From contig BDGG01000014.1 in the NCBI GenBank assembly GCA_001949185.1, positions 1,333,378 to 1,397,377 on the forward strand: a stretch of 64,000 bases of DNA, given 5' to 3'. The stretch comes from Ramazzottius varieornatus (Eukaryota > Animalia > Tardigrada). Of the stretch, positions 1 to 18,853 are shown one piece after another (position 1 is the stretch's first letter; every line of letters begins with the position of its first letter). The translations under genes were made by a program, and so were the position numbers. The notes under the pieces were generated by a model that was given only the letters and a program-made list of their open reading frames with translations, did not search any database and was not told the origin of the DNA.

Positions 1-32
1 TTGACTTCCCTTCCCTTCTGGGGCACTTTTAG

Positions 33-3000
33 GTCTTGCCGTACGACATGACGGCAGGCTACATTGATGCTCAAGAAACGCCGCTCTTCCGTGAAGAAAA
101 GATGGCGGTGGACGATAGCATCGAGGACAACCATGTGCCCATCGAGACGGGCACTTCGCGCCCACTGTACACGGTCCACCCGGCCAAGCACAAGCTGGTC
201 CTTCGCCTCAAGAACTACATGGACGTGGACTGGGAAGGCTCCGTCCTGTTGAGCGCCCTCAAGGAGGAGTTTACCCCCATGGTGCTGGCCAGTCGTCCCA
301 GCAGCCAGCTGGAGCCCAACTCTGCAGCCAACGAGCACGACACAGTCATCCTCGGTAAGTTGGAGAAGGCGACTGGCAAGTCAGCCGTAATGGAGTGAAG
401 TTGACTGTAATGGTTTTCTTTGCAGGTCTGCGTATGCTGAAGGAAGACGGGACTATGTTCTTGACCGTCTACTCGCCCTTCTGGATGTTGAACAAGACGG
501 GCCTGGCCTTGGCCTACCGCAAGCCGGAGCGTGAGCATCGGGCCGACTTTGTCCAGCCCTTGCTCTACGCCACCTCCTCCTCCCATCTGCAGGAGAAGCG
601 CAAGATCTCCATGCGCGCTGTCAACTCGGAATGGTCCAAAAAGTTCAGCCCCGACGCTGTGGGCAGCAACGGCTTGCTGGTCTGCCAAACCAACGACAAC
701 GAAGGTATATAGAGTAGGCCGCCATCGTGACCACTTTGCCAATTGACCCTTCAGCTTCATCTTTGTCATTAGGGAGAAGAGCCTACGAAATTGGTATGCA
801 GATCAAGGCCAGCTCGACGGTCATGACCAAGCTGGTCGTCTTTACGCCTTACTACGTCCTCAGTAACGTCTCGGAAAAGGTACAGTATGTGTGTGCCCTC
901 CTTCTTCTGACTTTGATAGTTGGCCACATTTGCCATAGTGGTACGCCTTGGCTAATATAGGTGGCCATCGAAGTGCGGGAAGACAATGCGGCGGCTACGT
1001 GGATCCTGCTGGAGCCCAAGACGACGCTGCCCTTCTGGCCGCTCTTCAACCAAGTGCATAGTGACAAGGAGGATAAGAAGGACAAGGAGGGTGATGAGGA
1101 AGTGGCTGGTCCCCCGGCCAACCGTCTGGTCTGTCGCGTGGCCGGTACACTGGAAGAGTCGTCAGCTTTTCCCTTCAGTGTCCTGCAGGCCAACCTGCTG
1201 GCGCTGGACAACCACTTTGGCGGTGTCTATGTGGAGACGCAGGTTAGCGAGTGCAACGCCATCACCACCCTCCAGCCCTTCCATCCTGGCCGCCAAAGCA
1301 ACAAGCTCATCAACTTGTCACGCTACCCCGTCTATTTCCGCCAGAAGGGCGACCCCCAATATCACGGTACAAAGCAGGGCCTTGCAGTATCTCTCGATAT
1401 AGCAAGATTAAGAGGTGGGACTGTAATTACAGGCTTGAATGGCAACATGGAGCGCATGTTCACCTACCCGCTACCCTTTGCCGAGAAGAAGCTAGAGTGG
1501 TTCCTGCTGGACGACCATGAGCACCTCAACGAGACAGAGCTGGATCAGGATGACTCGGGGCTGGTCAATGTGGAGAAGGAGACGGTCTACTGGGTGTCCT
1601 TCTATCATGAGAACCAACGGACGCTGCTCTTTACCCAGGAGGTGGAGATGGCGCTGAGGGTGCAGCAGGCGGTGGAGCTGGAGCCCACTTCCTTGGAGCT
1701 GCTGGCTTCCATCGAGAGTATCGGCCTGTCGCTGGTCAACAACCTCTCCAAGCATGAAGTCCTCTACGCCGGCATCGTCAGCGGCGGACCAACCTGGCAG
1801 TGGCGCAAGCTGACGGCCAACAGCAAACGCTTCCACACCTTCAAGGTAATAAGAAGCCTTTTGCACTGTACCCTGCTGTGACAGTCCTGGCCAGTTGCGC
1901 TTTCATTCTTGACACAGGGTAAGGAGGCGCGGCTGTTGGAGATGACCTTTCAAAAGTACAAGGCCAATGTCGAGGCTGAACTGCATGTCGATGGCTTGAC
2001 GCAGATTGAGCACAGCGACATGGAAGTGGACTTTAGCAGCATGATGATGACCAAGCCGCATCGTCGTCAGCTACAACGTATCTACGAAGACGGTGAGAGC
2101 TAAACCCGCCAGAGGTCGACTCAAATTGATGTCATAATTATGCTGTGACGTTGTAGGCTTCTGGATGCGCGCCAAGACGTCGGCCAGCCAGTACCAAGTC
2201 CATCTTAAGCTGCAGAAGGTGCAGATTGACAATCCCAACCCGCTGTCGCAATACCCGGTGGTGCTGGTGCCGGTGCCGCTGCCGGAGAGTGTCGGCCCCA
2301 AGCCCTTCTTCGAAGCCAGCCTGGTGGTTCGGCAGACGCAGCACAGCAAGAACCCCCAGTACAAGTTGATCGAGGCCCTCTTGCAAGAAGTAGAAATCTC
2401 CGTCGATCAGGGCAAGTCTCGCCTGCTCATCTCTCCCCCATCATACCATAATATGTCTTTGTGGCCCTTCTGTCTGTAGGCGTCATCAATTCCATCGTGG
2501 CCATCATTCAGCCTGAGCAAGAGAATGGCTTTGTGGCTCGCCAAAAGATGCTGGAAGACTTTCACAAGCAGGACGGTGCCGAGGTGCGACGGACGCTGGC
2601 GGAAACGGTGGCCTCCAATACGGGCACCGAAGAACCCATCCTCTTTGACCACTTGGTCATTCATCCCCTCAAGTTGCACATTAGCTTTTCCATGACTGGT
2701 GCCGAAAGTAGGTGCTGACCTTGCCGTGACGGCTCCTTTAACCCGCCTCCTTTTGCAGCCTGTGTCTGCTATCTGCTTGCAGATGACGCCCAGTCGCCCT
2801 TGGCCATGTCTTCCGAGTTTTTGTCCCTCTTCATGAAGACAATCGGAGTGGCCGCTTCCGAAGTCAACGACGTCCTCATTCGTCTGGCGACCTTTGAGCG
2901 TCTGCACAAGACCTTCACCAACAATCAGATTGCTCAGCAAGTTCAAAGCCATTACACTTCGCAGCTGCTCAAACAGTAAGTGCAGAGACAAGGGTTGGTG

Positions 3001-4397
3001 TTCATTGCGTGGCTAAAGCAGCGCCTGTCCTATGGTAGGATTTATACCATCGCTTTGGGCTTGGATATCATTGGCAATCCCTTTGGCCTGATTCGAGGTA
3101 GGAGAAACATGTGCTCCAACGGCCGAGATTGTGTCTTTGAGGCTGTTGGCTGCTATGTAGGTATCGGCTCGGGAGTTCGTGACTTGTTTTATGAGCCGTA
3201 CGAGGGCGCCGTTGAAGGGCCAGACGAGTTCTTGTCTGGACTGGGCACTGGTGTACAAAGCCTGGTGGGCAAGTCGGTCGGTGGCGTTCTCGGCACAGGT
3301 AACGCCATCTCTTCAGACACGTCCATCATTCCATAGGAAATTATAGGAAAATGGTGGTCATGTGTGTATGTGCCTATGTTGCAGCGAGCAAGATTACGGG
3401 CAGTGTGGGACGAGCCATAGCCACGGTCAGTTTTGATGAAAAGTTTATCCGCAACCGCCAACGGGAGAAGAACCGCACACCCACCGACTTGCCGGGTGCA
3501 CTGGCCCAATCGACAAAGACGCTGGGCATGGGTATCGTCACCGGTGTCACCGGCGTCGTCAAGCAGTAAGTCACCTCTGCCATGGAACTCCTTCTCTGAC
3601 AACAATCTGCCCGTCCATGTGTCCTGCAGGCCGATGGATGGAGCGCGAAAAGAAGGTGCCGTCGGCTTTTTCAAAGGCATCGGCAAAGGCCTGTTGGGGG
3701 TGGTGGTACGCCCTTCCGTCGGCGTCATCGACTCGGTGACGGGCGCCATCGAAGGCGTCAAACGGGCTGGAACCGGTGAGGTCGACCAGCTGCGCATTCG
3801 ACCAACTCGCCATAGTACGTCATAACTATAACACTGAAGCATAGGCAGTACGTGTATAGCCCATCCTTGCCCTTCATGTCCTTGTTTTGTTCTTGACCAA
3901 CAGTCTCACCGGACGGCGTTGTTCGTCCCTACAATCTGCACCAAGCCGAAGGGGCCTACATCTTTCGGGACATTCAGAAGAAGGAGCTGAAGGAGGACGA
4001 GTATGTGACGCACCTGGTGACGACGCGCGAACGCCGTCATGTCCTGCTGCTGACCACCAACCGTGTCATCTACCTGGAACGCGGCGAAGTGCTGCAGAGC
4101 CGCTTCACCAGCCAGTGGATGTACTCGTGGGACAACTTCCTAGCTGCCCCTTCCATGTCCGACAAGGGCATCATGTTCCCCGTCTTTGAGCCCCAAGAGA
4201 AGGGCCTCAAGGGTATCCTCCACTTGGAACGCCAAGACAAGCCACGCTATGTCTTTGTCGAGGTAACACAGGATTCTTCCCCCCCCCCTTCTTCAGCTAG
4301 ACTACTGTACGCTTATCTGTCCTTGTAGGATGCCGATTCGGGCGAATGGTTCATTCGCAAGGTTAAGTCGGTGATGGAATCGATGCGAGAGAAATAA
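33..4397 (+). CDS. VPS13: VPS13 (A/C-like) lipid transfer protein, 3' portion; multi-exon, 5' part outside window
   Basis: Spliced fragments give TVYSPFWMLNKTGL, SEWSKKFSPDAVG, TKLVVFTPYYVLSN (VAB repeats), GLDIIGNPFGLIR, GVRDLFYEPYEGAVEGPDEF, GARKEGAVGFFKGIGKGLLGVVVRP (ATG2_C-like) and a C-terminal PH-like region. Stop TAA at 4395-4397. Confidence 0.93.
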
Positions 4398-6951
4398 GGC
4401 TGCAGACGTAGCATGCATAAGACAATTCATTCTCTTCATAATTCATCCATTCTCTCGCTTTTTTTAATCTTTCCTTCTAGTTTTAGGGGCCAGACTTGAC
4501 GGTACCGTACACGTCCTTGACCTCTCTGACTGTCTGTCAAAGCGATTGCCATAATATACTGTAATGACATGTGTTTTGCAGCCGCTATTGTGCTTTGTGA
4601 GAGAGGAGACCGTCTTGCCCACGGTCGACTTTGCCTTTCTTGCGCGCCAAAGACTCTTTCGTCAATCAATGCGTCAGACGTCATTAAAGTTGACTGTTCA
4701 TTCAGCCTGGGTACTTTGCTGCTACCTACTGAAGTCAGGCTGGCTGCAGCATGAGCGGGCAGGCGCAGCTGGGTGATGTGTCTGTGGATAGCCAAGTCTT
4801 AGCCGGTATTGGCCGATTGAAACCTTACTGGCAGCCTGTCATCCCACAAGACTCCGGCAGCTGCAGCTAAGCCGTGGCTCTTCCAGCTATCGGTCGTACG
4901 CGTACCGCAAGACGTGTCGCACTGGTTGTAACCAGTAGTCGTACCGCTGATGTGGGTGGTGCTTTGAGGACTGGCTGACGCACATTTTCTCTTGTAATCC
5001 AAGCTTGCTTGATCTTTCATCTTTGCACAATTGCTGCTTCTTACAGGAAATCCATTTGACGCTTTCCTCCTGCGACTTGTATGCGGTCTAAGGAAGTCAT
5101 CCTTCACATTTCGCGGCTCAGACTAGCCACATGCGCAGTTCGCCGAGTAGTTGTAGGTACGTAAGACGGACATCATCATCTTACCGGCCAAGATGATTAC
5201 TACGACTGTTGCTTTTCCGGTTTATGTTGGTCAATTTTCTCTAATTGGCTTCATCTGTTTTGACAGATTTGACAAGCGTAGCTGGAGGGAAGAAGAGATT
5301 TCCGTTACTCGTAGGTTATCCTTTTCCCGCGGACAGTAAGTCGGATACGCCGCCGAAATTCCGAATAACGCTCTTCAGTTAATCCGGTAAGATGCCAGAA
5401 ACAGAATATGGATACGTACGATGCGCAGGCGAGTCGGGAAATGGACTTTGCCAGTTTTGGGATGAGGTGGGGATATAGATTGTTGGGAGAAGAGTAATAG
5501 CGAGCTTGATGGATGCTTGGACGTAGCGTACGTCGTACATCCAAGCTTGCCGTTCATGCAGTGATCAATGACCGAATAGGGGATGCATCTACCTGCAGGA
5601 GGAAGCAACCTATATCCCTGCTAGTGCCCTTTTGCCTTTCCCAGTAATTGCATCATCGCGCTTCCTCGTTCCAATCGATGGGGATACGTGCGGTCCCAGC
5701 GGCATATAGTATATGAGGTCCGCTCTACATCTTCCGGCCTGATGCTGCCTCTCACTTCCGCAAATTAATTAAATTGCTTCCCACCATTCAACACACTGTA
5801 GCCGGCAGTCAGGATAGTGTCAAGAAAGTTGTTACTTGTAGGCCTTGAGCTATAGGTCAGGGCCATATTCGCAAATGACCGTCGGATGGCGCTCTTTCTC
5901 GTGGCGCTTTGTCTGCAAAGTGTTGCCTGTTGGAGAAGGCTTCTTCTTCGTGGCATTTCATATCAGCTAGCACCAGGTGTCGCACTGTATAATGATCATA
6001 TAGCGAAATACGTAGGCAGAGCGGCGCAACTTGAAGAGCGAGCCAGCCCGAATGTGGAGGATAAGGGTTATTGCACAAAAAGTGCATTAGCCCCAGGCAC
6101 GCTATCCGCTCCCCAAGCAGCCTCTTGGCCCTTCTTGGTATGTCATCAGTCCTTGATGATTATCCCAGGACCGAAGGTGAGGGCAGCTACCATCTCTGGC
6201 GCTAGGTCGAATGGAAAGCCAGCATAATATGTATGAAGGCTTTTACCCACCAATAGCCACCATTAGATTCTCACTTGAGCGGCAGTTGAGCCCAGTACCG
6301 TACTACAGCTGCCTTCACGTTTGCTGCTTGTTAGAGACTTTTTCAGAGTTTCCGGACGTTACTGATGTACCGGTGGTGTATGGCTTATCTTCCGCAGTTG
6401 AGGTTTCTTTTGTTGCTGGTGATGAAGCTGTAAGAAAGTGTGGCTTTGCGTGTGATGGATATTGACAGACTTTCTCTTGCTGTTGTCGGGCAGGAGCTAA
6501 GGGAAAGCCTACCACATCAATGGAGTGTATCGGCCAGAGCAGAGAAGCATGTCAAAAGCCATCAGGAGAAGGTGACTGGTCCTAAGTTACTTTCCTGGCC
6601 ACATGCTTCCGGTGGACGTGCTCTTTGACACCTCAATTCCCAATTAGCGCCTAACCGTACGTACATTACTGGTAGGCTGACTTACCTTCCTTGAGAAAGT
6701 TAGTTGGTTGACGGGAATGAAGCGTTACACTTGTTACATGCTGAGCTGGTCCCTTGTTGTTACAGTGCGGCATGATGTTGCAGTCGTTAGGCAAGAGCCA
6801 GCCGCAGCCGCGGCTTTGTCCTTTCCACGCGCAACGACAAGTTTCGCCCTTGGCTCTTCCTCCCTCATTTCCAGCCGCAAAGATGACGGAAAGCCGCAGT
6901 AGCTGGCCAAAGCCCAGGAACTGTTGCATCTCTTGGCGAACTTATCTGCAG

Positions 6952-11635
<4,684 letters not shown>

Positions 11636-12533
11636 CCTCCCTGCCAACCCTTCAATTCGTCAATTCATTCGTTCCAGTAAGCGCACTCTCCCCTTGCTTT
11701 TTCCACTGAACTCGGCCTTGCCTCGTTGAAACTGACCGAAATTTGCCTTTCAGATGAGCCATAGCCGCCCTGTGCTGCTTCCTCACAATGATCAAGACTT
11801 CCACACATACATAGACCTTGTATCAAGAGCAGATTTATCGTCTTTATAATATCATTTTAAGAGTAGCAGATTTACCATATTTGCTGGCGCCATCGCTCTA
11901 GGCTGCTGACCAACCTTTTGGTCTAACAGATCGACCGCCTCAGACGCCACTGTGACACTACTCTTCTCTCACATTTTTACTCTTATCCTTATTTCAGTTT
12001 TTGTTCGACATTTCTCTTCAATGTCTTTTCCCTTTGAGCGATAGAGAAAGAACCGACCGTTAGCTTAGACAGATGCGATGGAAGATCAACGAGTAAAGAT
12101 CAACGACTTCACTTCCGCCGGAATTTATCGGTGTTCTCGAAAGATCACTTCACTTCCGCCGGAAGTTGCAGGAAGGTTCTTGCTGTATCGTGGCCACGGA
12201 CAAAAAACGGTTCGGCTAGCTTAGTTGTTGAATTAGGTCAGTTATACTTTATAGTGAAAAAAAGGTTTACAAAGGCTTCCGAGTTTCACGCGAGCTAAAG
12301 CATGCAGGTAAAACCATAATCATTCATCAGCTAAAGGAGAATCGTCAATGCTAACGTTAAAAGGATAACTCTGACTAAAAGTATTGCGGCTGCTGACAGG
12401 GCGTAAGCATAGTCATAATGAGATATATGTTCTGTGTTGTAAGAAGCAGTAAGTGGACTAGGCAGACCGGAAATGGCAACGTAATCTTCGCTATAGCAAG
12501 CGTGCAAGGAAAGCAGAGAAAGACAACCTGTCC

Positions 12534-13853
12534 TCAAGCAGTGGTGGTGTAGACTGGGGGCGCCGTCTTGTCCTCCTCGGGCACTTGCGAATAGGCCGGA
12601 GGCGGCGATTTCTGCACAACAAGGAAGAAAGTCTTGTATCAGACGGCTCACCAGTGTAGCCGACCATCGTCAGTGCTTACCTTGACGACACTTCCGTCAT
12701 CCTCGAACATGAAGAGAGTGGTGTAGTTGTTTGGTTGGGCGCCATCAGTCATGCTGAGGCTACTGTCGTCCAGGTAGATGACTTTGGGCTGGCACTCTTC
12801 ACGAGCTCGGCGTATCTTCTCTTCGCGAATGTACCGGACACACATCCATACAATCTGGATGAAGTAGGCCTATCAAGAAAAAGTGAGGCTTTGTACAGGG
12901 GAACTTCTGGCGGGAATATATGTGGAGGGCGGTCCATACCTTGACAAAGACGATGGCCATGACACCGAGAGCCAAGAAGAGCGTCACCCATTCATTGTCC
13001 AACTGGGCAATCTCCTCGTGGAAGGGAAACTGCTCCTGCAAGCCAGTATGATGAAAAGACAGTACCATCGAGGATAGACAAGCCAAGTCAATGGACAACT
13101 TACGTCGCTGAGAGCGTACTGCTTGATGGCCGGTCCGTAACAGACCACCCCTGCCACCGTCAAGCACGACACCAGCAAGTCTCCCCACTGATAGGCCAAA
13201 AAGGGCAGAATGTAGCCGGGTTTACCCTTGACAATACCCAACACCATCATGAGGGCTAACAGAGCCGTCAGCGAGGCGTAGATGAAGGCCATATTCAGGT
13301 CGCGTTGCGTCACATAGGACGACTTGTCAGCGTTCAAGCGCGAGCTGTAAATATAGCTGGACCAATACCACACCACCTTGTTGCCATCCTCTTGCTTGGA
13401 CTCGGCAGCCGTGGCCACCTCCTTGTCCACCACCAAGGGCTTGCTCAAGTCCATATCTGAGGCGATGGAGCCAGCCGTGTTCTTGGCTTGGGCCTGCGAC
13501 GGCAGAGCGATGGGCTCGTCGCTCTCACTAGCAGACATGCCTTGGGGGTTGCTTCGACGGATGTAGATGGTCAACGAGTTGACGTTCTGGTTGATCTCGT
13601 CCAGGTTGACGCTGACATAGGCGATCATGAACAATGCCAGCATGTGCACCGTCTACAAGACAAGACAAGACGATCGATAAAGCATAATCATTATACTCAT
13701 CATGACGTCAACGAGGAGCTACCAATCAATCAGCCAATCGACCGTACTGACCAAGTGCCAGGTCCCCAAGGCCAATGCGCCACTGCGAACGTGGAAACAT
13801 CCGAAGCAACGATACATCTTCTGGCTGTTCTTCCGAGCCATCCCATGACGCAT
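12534..13853 (-). CDS. LAPTM4: Lysosomal-associated transmembrane protein 4-like (LAPTM4/Mtp family)
   Basis: N-terminus MRHGMARKNSQKMYRCFGCFHVRSGALALGTWHL matches the family's C-x-C-x-HVRTG pattern. Four hydrophobic segments (e.g. GKPGYILPFLAYQWGD, YKASLFL) and C-terminal PY motifs PPAY and PPVY. Stop TGA at 12536-12534. Confidence 0.8.
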
Positions 13854-14759
13854 GGTGACCTAAAGGCAAGACCAAGGCCTTCGTTAACCACGGCAGTCAA
13901 ACAGAAGGAGGTGGATACACGATAAGAAAACGCTGGAATCCACGCAACGATAAACACGTTGTAATTGCGCTGTGACCTCTGTCCCATCCCACTTGGCGCT
14001 GACAAGAATACTCCCATATTCAAGGATCCAACCTCCCTTCACTTACCGTCAGTTGTACTTCCAATATCACAACGAATAAAGTAGATCAAATACGTCGAAC
14101 TAGACTCCGGGAAGATGTTCAAAGGTGGACGAAAGTACAGAAACTGATTAAATTTTCTGTTTGGAATTGGAAAACTGGGATGGTGGCATAAGTTTCAGTA
14201 AGTAATACTTGTGCACTCCACGCTTGGTACTTTAATCGATTGTGCTTCCGGCTGGCGTCATGATAAGGTAAGGCAGTGGCAAACTGCTTGCTATGGTATT
14301 CAGAGCAGGCGTATGACGTAAGTTAGGGCTTTATTCCAAGTGGCTCCACCTGCGAAAGTTAGTGCAAGTTCATGATAGATTGCGTAGTTGTACTTTTCAT
14401 TCTGTACGTACGTGTCAGCAATGAATTGCAGCGTGATAAAGAGAGACAGGCCGGAGAACCCGAGTGACTCTTGGATTGAGTCGGTTCTTGCCAAAGCCAG
14501 AAAACGCTCCTTCATTCGCCGGAAAGAGTTGATCAGACTTTCTCCTTTTCCCCTTCCTTCGTTGGAAACCTCTCCATTTATGTGAGCCAGGAGGACTCTT
14601 CGACGAGAGCAGGCTTTTGATATTTCGGTGTCATTGTAAGTCGAGCTTGAGCGATTCTTGGCGTGATCATTCCTTTGCTGCTGCTGCTGCTGTAGATGTG
14701 CTAGACCATTCTTGCTTCTTTTCTTACCCTATACAGGAGGACTTCCTTGAATATTCACC

Positions 14760-15665
14760 ATGTCTGATACGGAAAGGTATGCAGTAGACCTGTTCTTGTT
14801 GTGGAAGCAGGGTAGCCCTGTGGCAAAAGGTTGGGTATGCTTGCAGAGATGACACCATGGAGAACGACGCCGCAGAAGAAGGAGCAGTCGCGGCGACTGG
14901 CAGTGCCGTCCCATCAGCTGGAGGAAAGATGGATACCACCACAGCACTCCAAGAAGTACTGAAGGGAGCTTTAATTTATGATGGCCTTGCTCGTGGCATC
15001 CACGAATGCGCCAAAGCTCTGGACAAGTAAGTGAAAGCTCCAGCTGGAGAATCTAGACTAGTTGGGAAATTTGGTGGTTGGTGGGCCATGGGGTGGTGAA
15101 GAAGCGCTGATTGCTACTACGTTTTGAACTTTGTCTGCGCAGGGTGGCTTACCATAACTGTCTTTTGATTTCTTGCGTAGTTTGAATGATGTAGGAGTAC
15201 TTGATTGAATATCGAGTGTTGATTTATCTGTTTGCAGGCGTCAAGCCATGCTCTGCGTCTTGGCCAAAAATTGCGATGAACCGATGTATGTTAAGCTGGT
15301 GGAAGCCCTTTGTAAAGAACACTCCATCAATTTAATCAGAGTAAGTACTCCATAAACCATCTCTGGAGCTGGTGGAGGTATAGCAAATGTGGTTTGCGTG
15401 TTTGCAGGTGGACGATAACAAGAAGCTGGGTGAATGGGTCGGTCTTTGCAAGATTGACAAGGAAGGCAAGCCCAGGAAAGTTGTGCGGTGCAGTTGCGTC
15501 GTCGTTAAGGTAAGACTTGAACTTGATTTCTCGCGAACAGTAAGACAACACGGGAATGCTGTCGTGTTGTAGGATTACGGCAAGGAGACAACAGCGCATG
15601 AGACGCTGAAACAATATTTCAAGACTCAGAAAGGCGGTGGTAGCACAAATGATGATGAAGATTAG
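14760..15665 (+). CDS. RPS12: 40S ribosomal protein S12 (eS12), 5 coding exons
   Basis: [28 protein letters not shown] / [28 protein letters not shown] / [34 protein letters not shown] / DYGKET. Confidence 0.96.
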
Positions 15666-16211
15666 TAAACAGCTCTTTGGCTGCCTTCTCTTTTTCATTC
15701 TTATCGAAAATGTGCTTCGACTTCTATTTGGCCAGGAAGTAATAAAAGACGCGACTACGGTTTCCTAATAAAGTTCATTTAGAAGTCACTGTTTTGTCAT
15801 TCCTTCCGCGCTCTGACTAACTCTCTCCGTCTTTAAGAGCATCGTTACGGTCTACAGGTGAGGAGGACATGATAAGAAAAGTCAGGGAAGAAAAGAAAAC
15901 GGTGATAGTTTCAAAAGCAAGGGCTTTCTCTGAGAAAAAGTAGGTGAGGTACACGCCTACAAACTAATCCGAGGAACGATTGATACTTTTTTATTTAAAG
16001 AGCATTCCGCAATGGATATTGCAAAACTGCACTGACTTCGACCAGTAAAAATCTCGGAAACTAGAAGAGCAAAAGCTCGGTTGAAATGTTGAAAAGAGAT
16101 GGAAGTGTGACGCCGGCAAGAAGAAAAGGAACGAATTGATATGGAAATACTGTAAAACCAGGAAGAGAACATGGTAACAGCAACAAGTGGAAAGCTTTCT
16201 GCCAAAAGCAA

Positions 16212-17726
16212 TCAGAGGTTCTTGTCGTGAATGGAATCTTTGGTGGCTGGTGGAGGATTGTGCCGTTGGTGGCGGCGTTTGATGTAGGCTTGGACGTAGA
16301 AGTTGGCGAAGAGAACAAAGAGGGAAGACAAAAAGCCCATCTGCAGCCAGGCCAGCCAGGCAGGATAGTCGCAGCCGCGAATCAAACTGACCGTCGTGCA
16401 GGTTAGAACACAAGCAAACTGTGCCTGTCAATAGCACAATAATATAATAGTAACTTACATGTACCCTCTACTTGAAAGACAGTCTCTTATCAACATGTTG
16501 CTTACCAGTTGACCCATGGTCAAATACTTTTTCCACCACAGGTAGGGATGTAGAGCGGGGAACATGGAGAGGAAGTAGTAGGCGTACATGAAGACATGTA
16601 TTAAGCAGTTGAGCATGGCTCCAAGAACCGCTGAAACCACCGGATTATCAAGTTTGGGAGGAATTTCCAGCGAGGTTTTGCGACCATCATTATCGTACCT
16701 TGACAGCAGGGAGCTTCCATCATGACAAAGTACCACTGTGAAAGAAGAAAGATTTTCAATTGCATTAGCCGCCGTTTCATTCCTCGTAAATTACAGAAGC
16801 GGCCTTCACGCCACGCGGTAAGGTCTCACACACCAAGGGGAACATGACGGCATGATGGTAAACATGCAGGAAGGTGATCTGCTTGTACTTCTTCTTCAAA
16901 ATCATGAAAACGGTGTCGAGGAACTCCACCGCTTTGGAAACATAGTAAATGTACAATGCGTACACAATCTGTAAAGAGGCATTGGTAAGGTAGGATTTAA
17001 ATTATGGTACTGGCGCTCTCCAGCACACAACTTAACCTAAGGTCGATTGTAGCAAAAAGGGGCCGCACAACCAAAAAGCCAGTCACCAAAGTGATGACAC
17101 GAGCAAGGTTAATTTGTTGCTTGATGTTAGCTTACGCGCAAGTCGGCCGGTGCATAGGATACCGTGTAGGGGATGCAGAAAAAGTTATAGCCCGACCTTT
17201 GAGTGTGGATGAAGAGCTGTGGCAAACAAGGAGGCAAAGGTCAGTCATGGTGCCAGGTTCAAAGAGCAAAGTGGCCGGCATAGGCTGCAACGGGCAATTG
17301 ACTAGGTAAGTACCTCCAGAAACATCCAGAGGGACAGCAAGACCAGACAAAAATTGTAGACTCCCTTGAATGCTTTCAGCTCGATAGGTTTGCGGTGCTT
17401 CATGAAGCGCGGTCCGAAGGCCAGGAAGGCAAAGTAGGCCATGGTCAGCACCAGCATCGTGTCCGTTCGACCCAGCAATGGCAAGTCGCGCGAACGAACG
17501 TCTACAACAAACAACCTCTCGCTCGACCAATAGCAGATAGTGCACAACCCCCCTGGACAATCTCACCGGCAGACTGGTATGTCCGCGCATTGAAATCGTT
17601 ATATTTCTGAAGCAACGACGCAGTGTGCGACTTCATCTGCTGCAAGGAGGCCGACTCGCTGCCATAGTTTGCCGAAGGAACCGGCAAGTCTCCTACTTCA
17701 CTATCGACCGACAAACTTTCCGCCAT
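16212..17726 (-). CDS. ELOVL: Very-long-chain fatty acid elongase (ELOVL/GNS1-SUR4 family), about 7 exons
   Basis: [43 protein letters not shown] (HxxHH motif), [19 protein letters not shown] and LFANFY. Confidence 0.93.
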
Positions 17727-18853
17727 TCTCCGGCTCTCTGTCTCCGTCTAGCCAACAGAGCACTGTTGCTGAATGCACAGCGTCCAATCTGCAAAAACAC
17801 AAGGACCAGCTAAGAATGACCAACTAAGCGAGCATGGTCATGCTGCCATGACGTCATGCGGCTACTGATCCAGCATCAAGAGTTCAGTACCAAGATCATC
17901 GCATCTCAAACGAAGACGTTACTGGCCGGAAGAAAACTTACCTTCGTCAAAAGGGTATCCGAAATGATGCAGCACGGGACGTCGTGGAGAGGTAACTGAG
18001 CTAGGAAATAATTAGGCCGACATCAGAACGCTGATTTAGGGCCCAGACGATAAGCATCTCCAGAGGCGACGCTGCGGCGCTAGTCATTGCTGCTCAGCCA
18101 TGGACTTCGCTCGGTGGTCCAAAGTCCAGAGTGTCCGTCAAACCGTACAGACTGCCGTCTTTTTTCCGAATATCCAGCAGGAACATGTGCAGTACACTGA
18201 GTAGACCATTCGTTCAACTTCAGTCGAGAATCAAGATAAGACTGATTTCAACGTTTCAACTAGGTTTCCAGTGATCGAAAATTAAAAAAAAGGACCAGAG
18301 TGCAATCCGGTCATGACTTTGCGCCTCGGAGATGGCGGCCCGTGTGGTCACAAAAGATGTGTTCAATTGATTGAAGGTGCATAAGAGATTTGATTGGCCA
18401 AGCTTCAAGTAGGTACAGATAGACAACGATAGACAGATGATTTTGCGAGAGCTCCGCCCAAAAGACTGTCCTTCCAGCGGAGCTTAAAATGAATCATAGA
18501 CCGTTTGAGTCATCACAGAAAGCTGCTCTAGCAATCTGAGCCCTTAAAATTGGGAAAACTATGGCAGGCGTGAGTCTATGGCGGAAAGACCAAAGGATGG
18601 GACTGCAGGTTCATTCACTTGTGGTGTGACTCAACTGGGTTGAGTTCGTACGTGATTGATGTACGTTGAATGCTGTTCGTGCTGTCTGATATTCGGCGTC
18701 AATATTCACTGTTATGCGCTTTAGGTTTGAGTGGAGTTGTTGGGGCTTGGGTTTCATGATAACCAGTATGTGTTGTTGGATTTCATTTAGGTTTGAGCTT
18801 TAGTTTTCGGGTAAGTAGTTTGGGAATATGGGTTTTTTTGGTCCGAAGGGATA

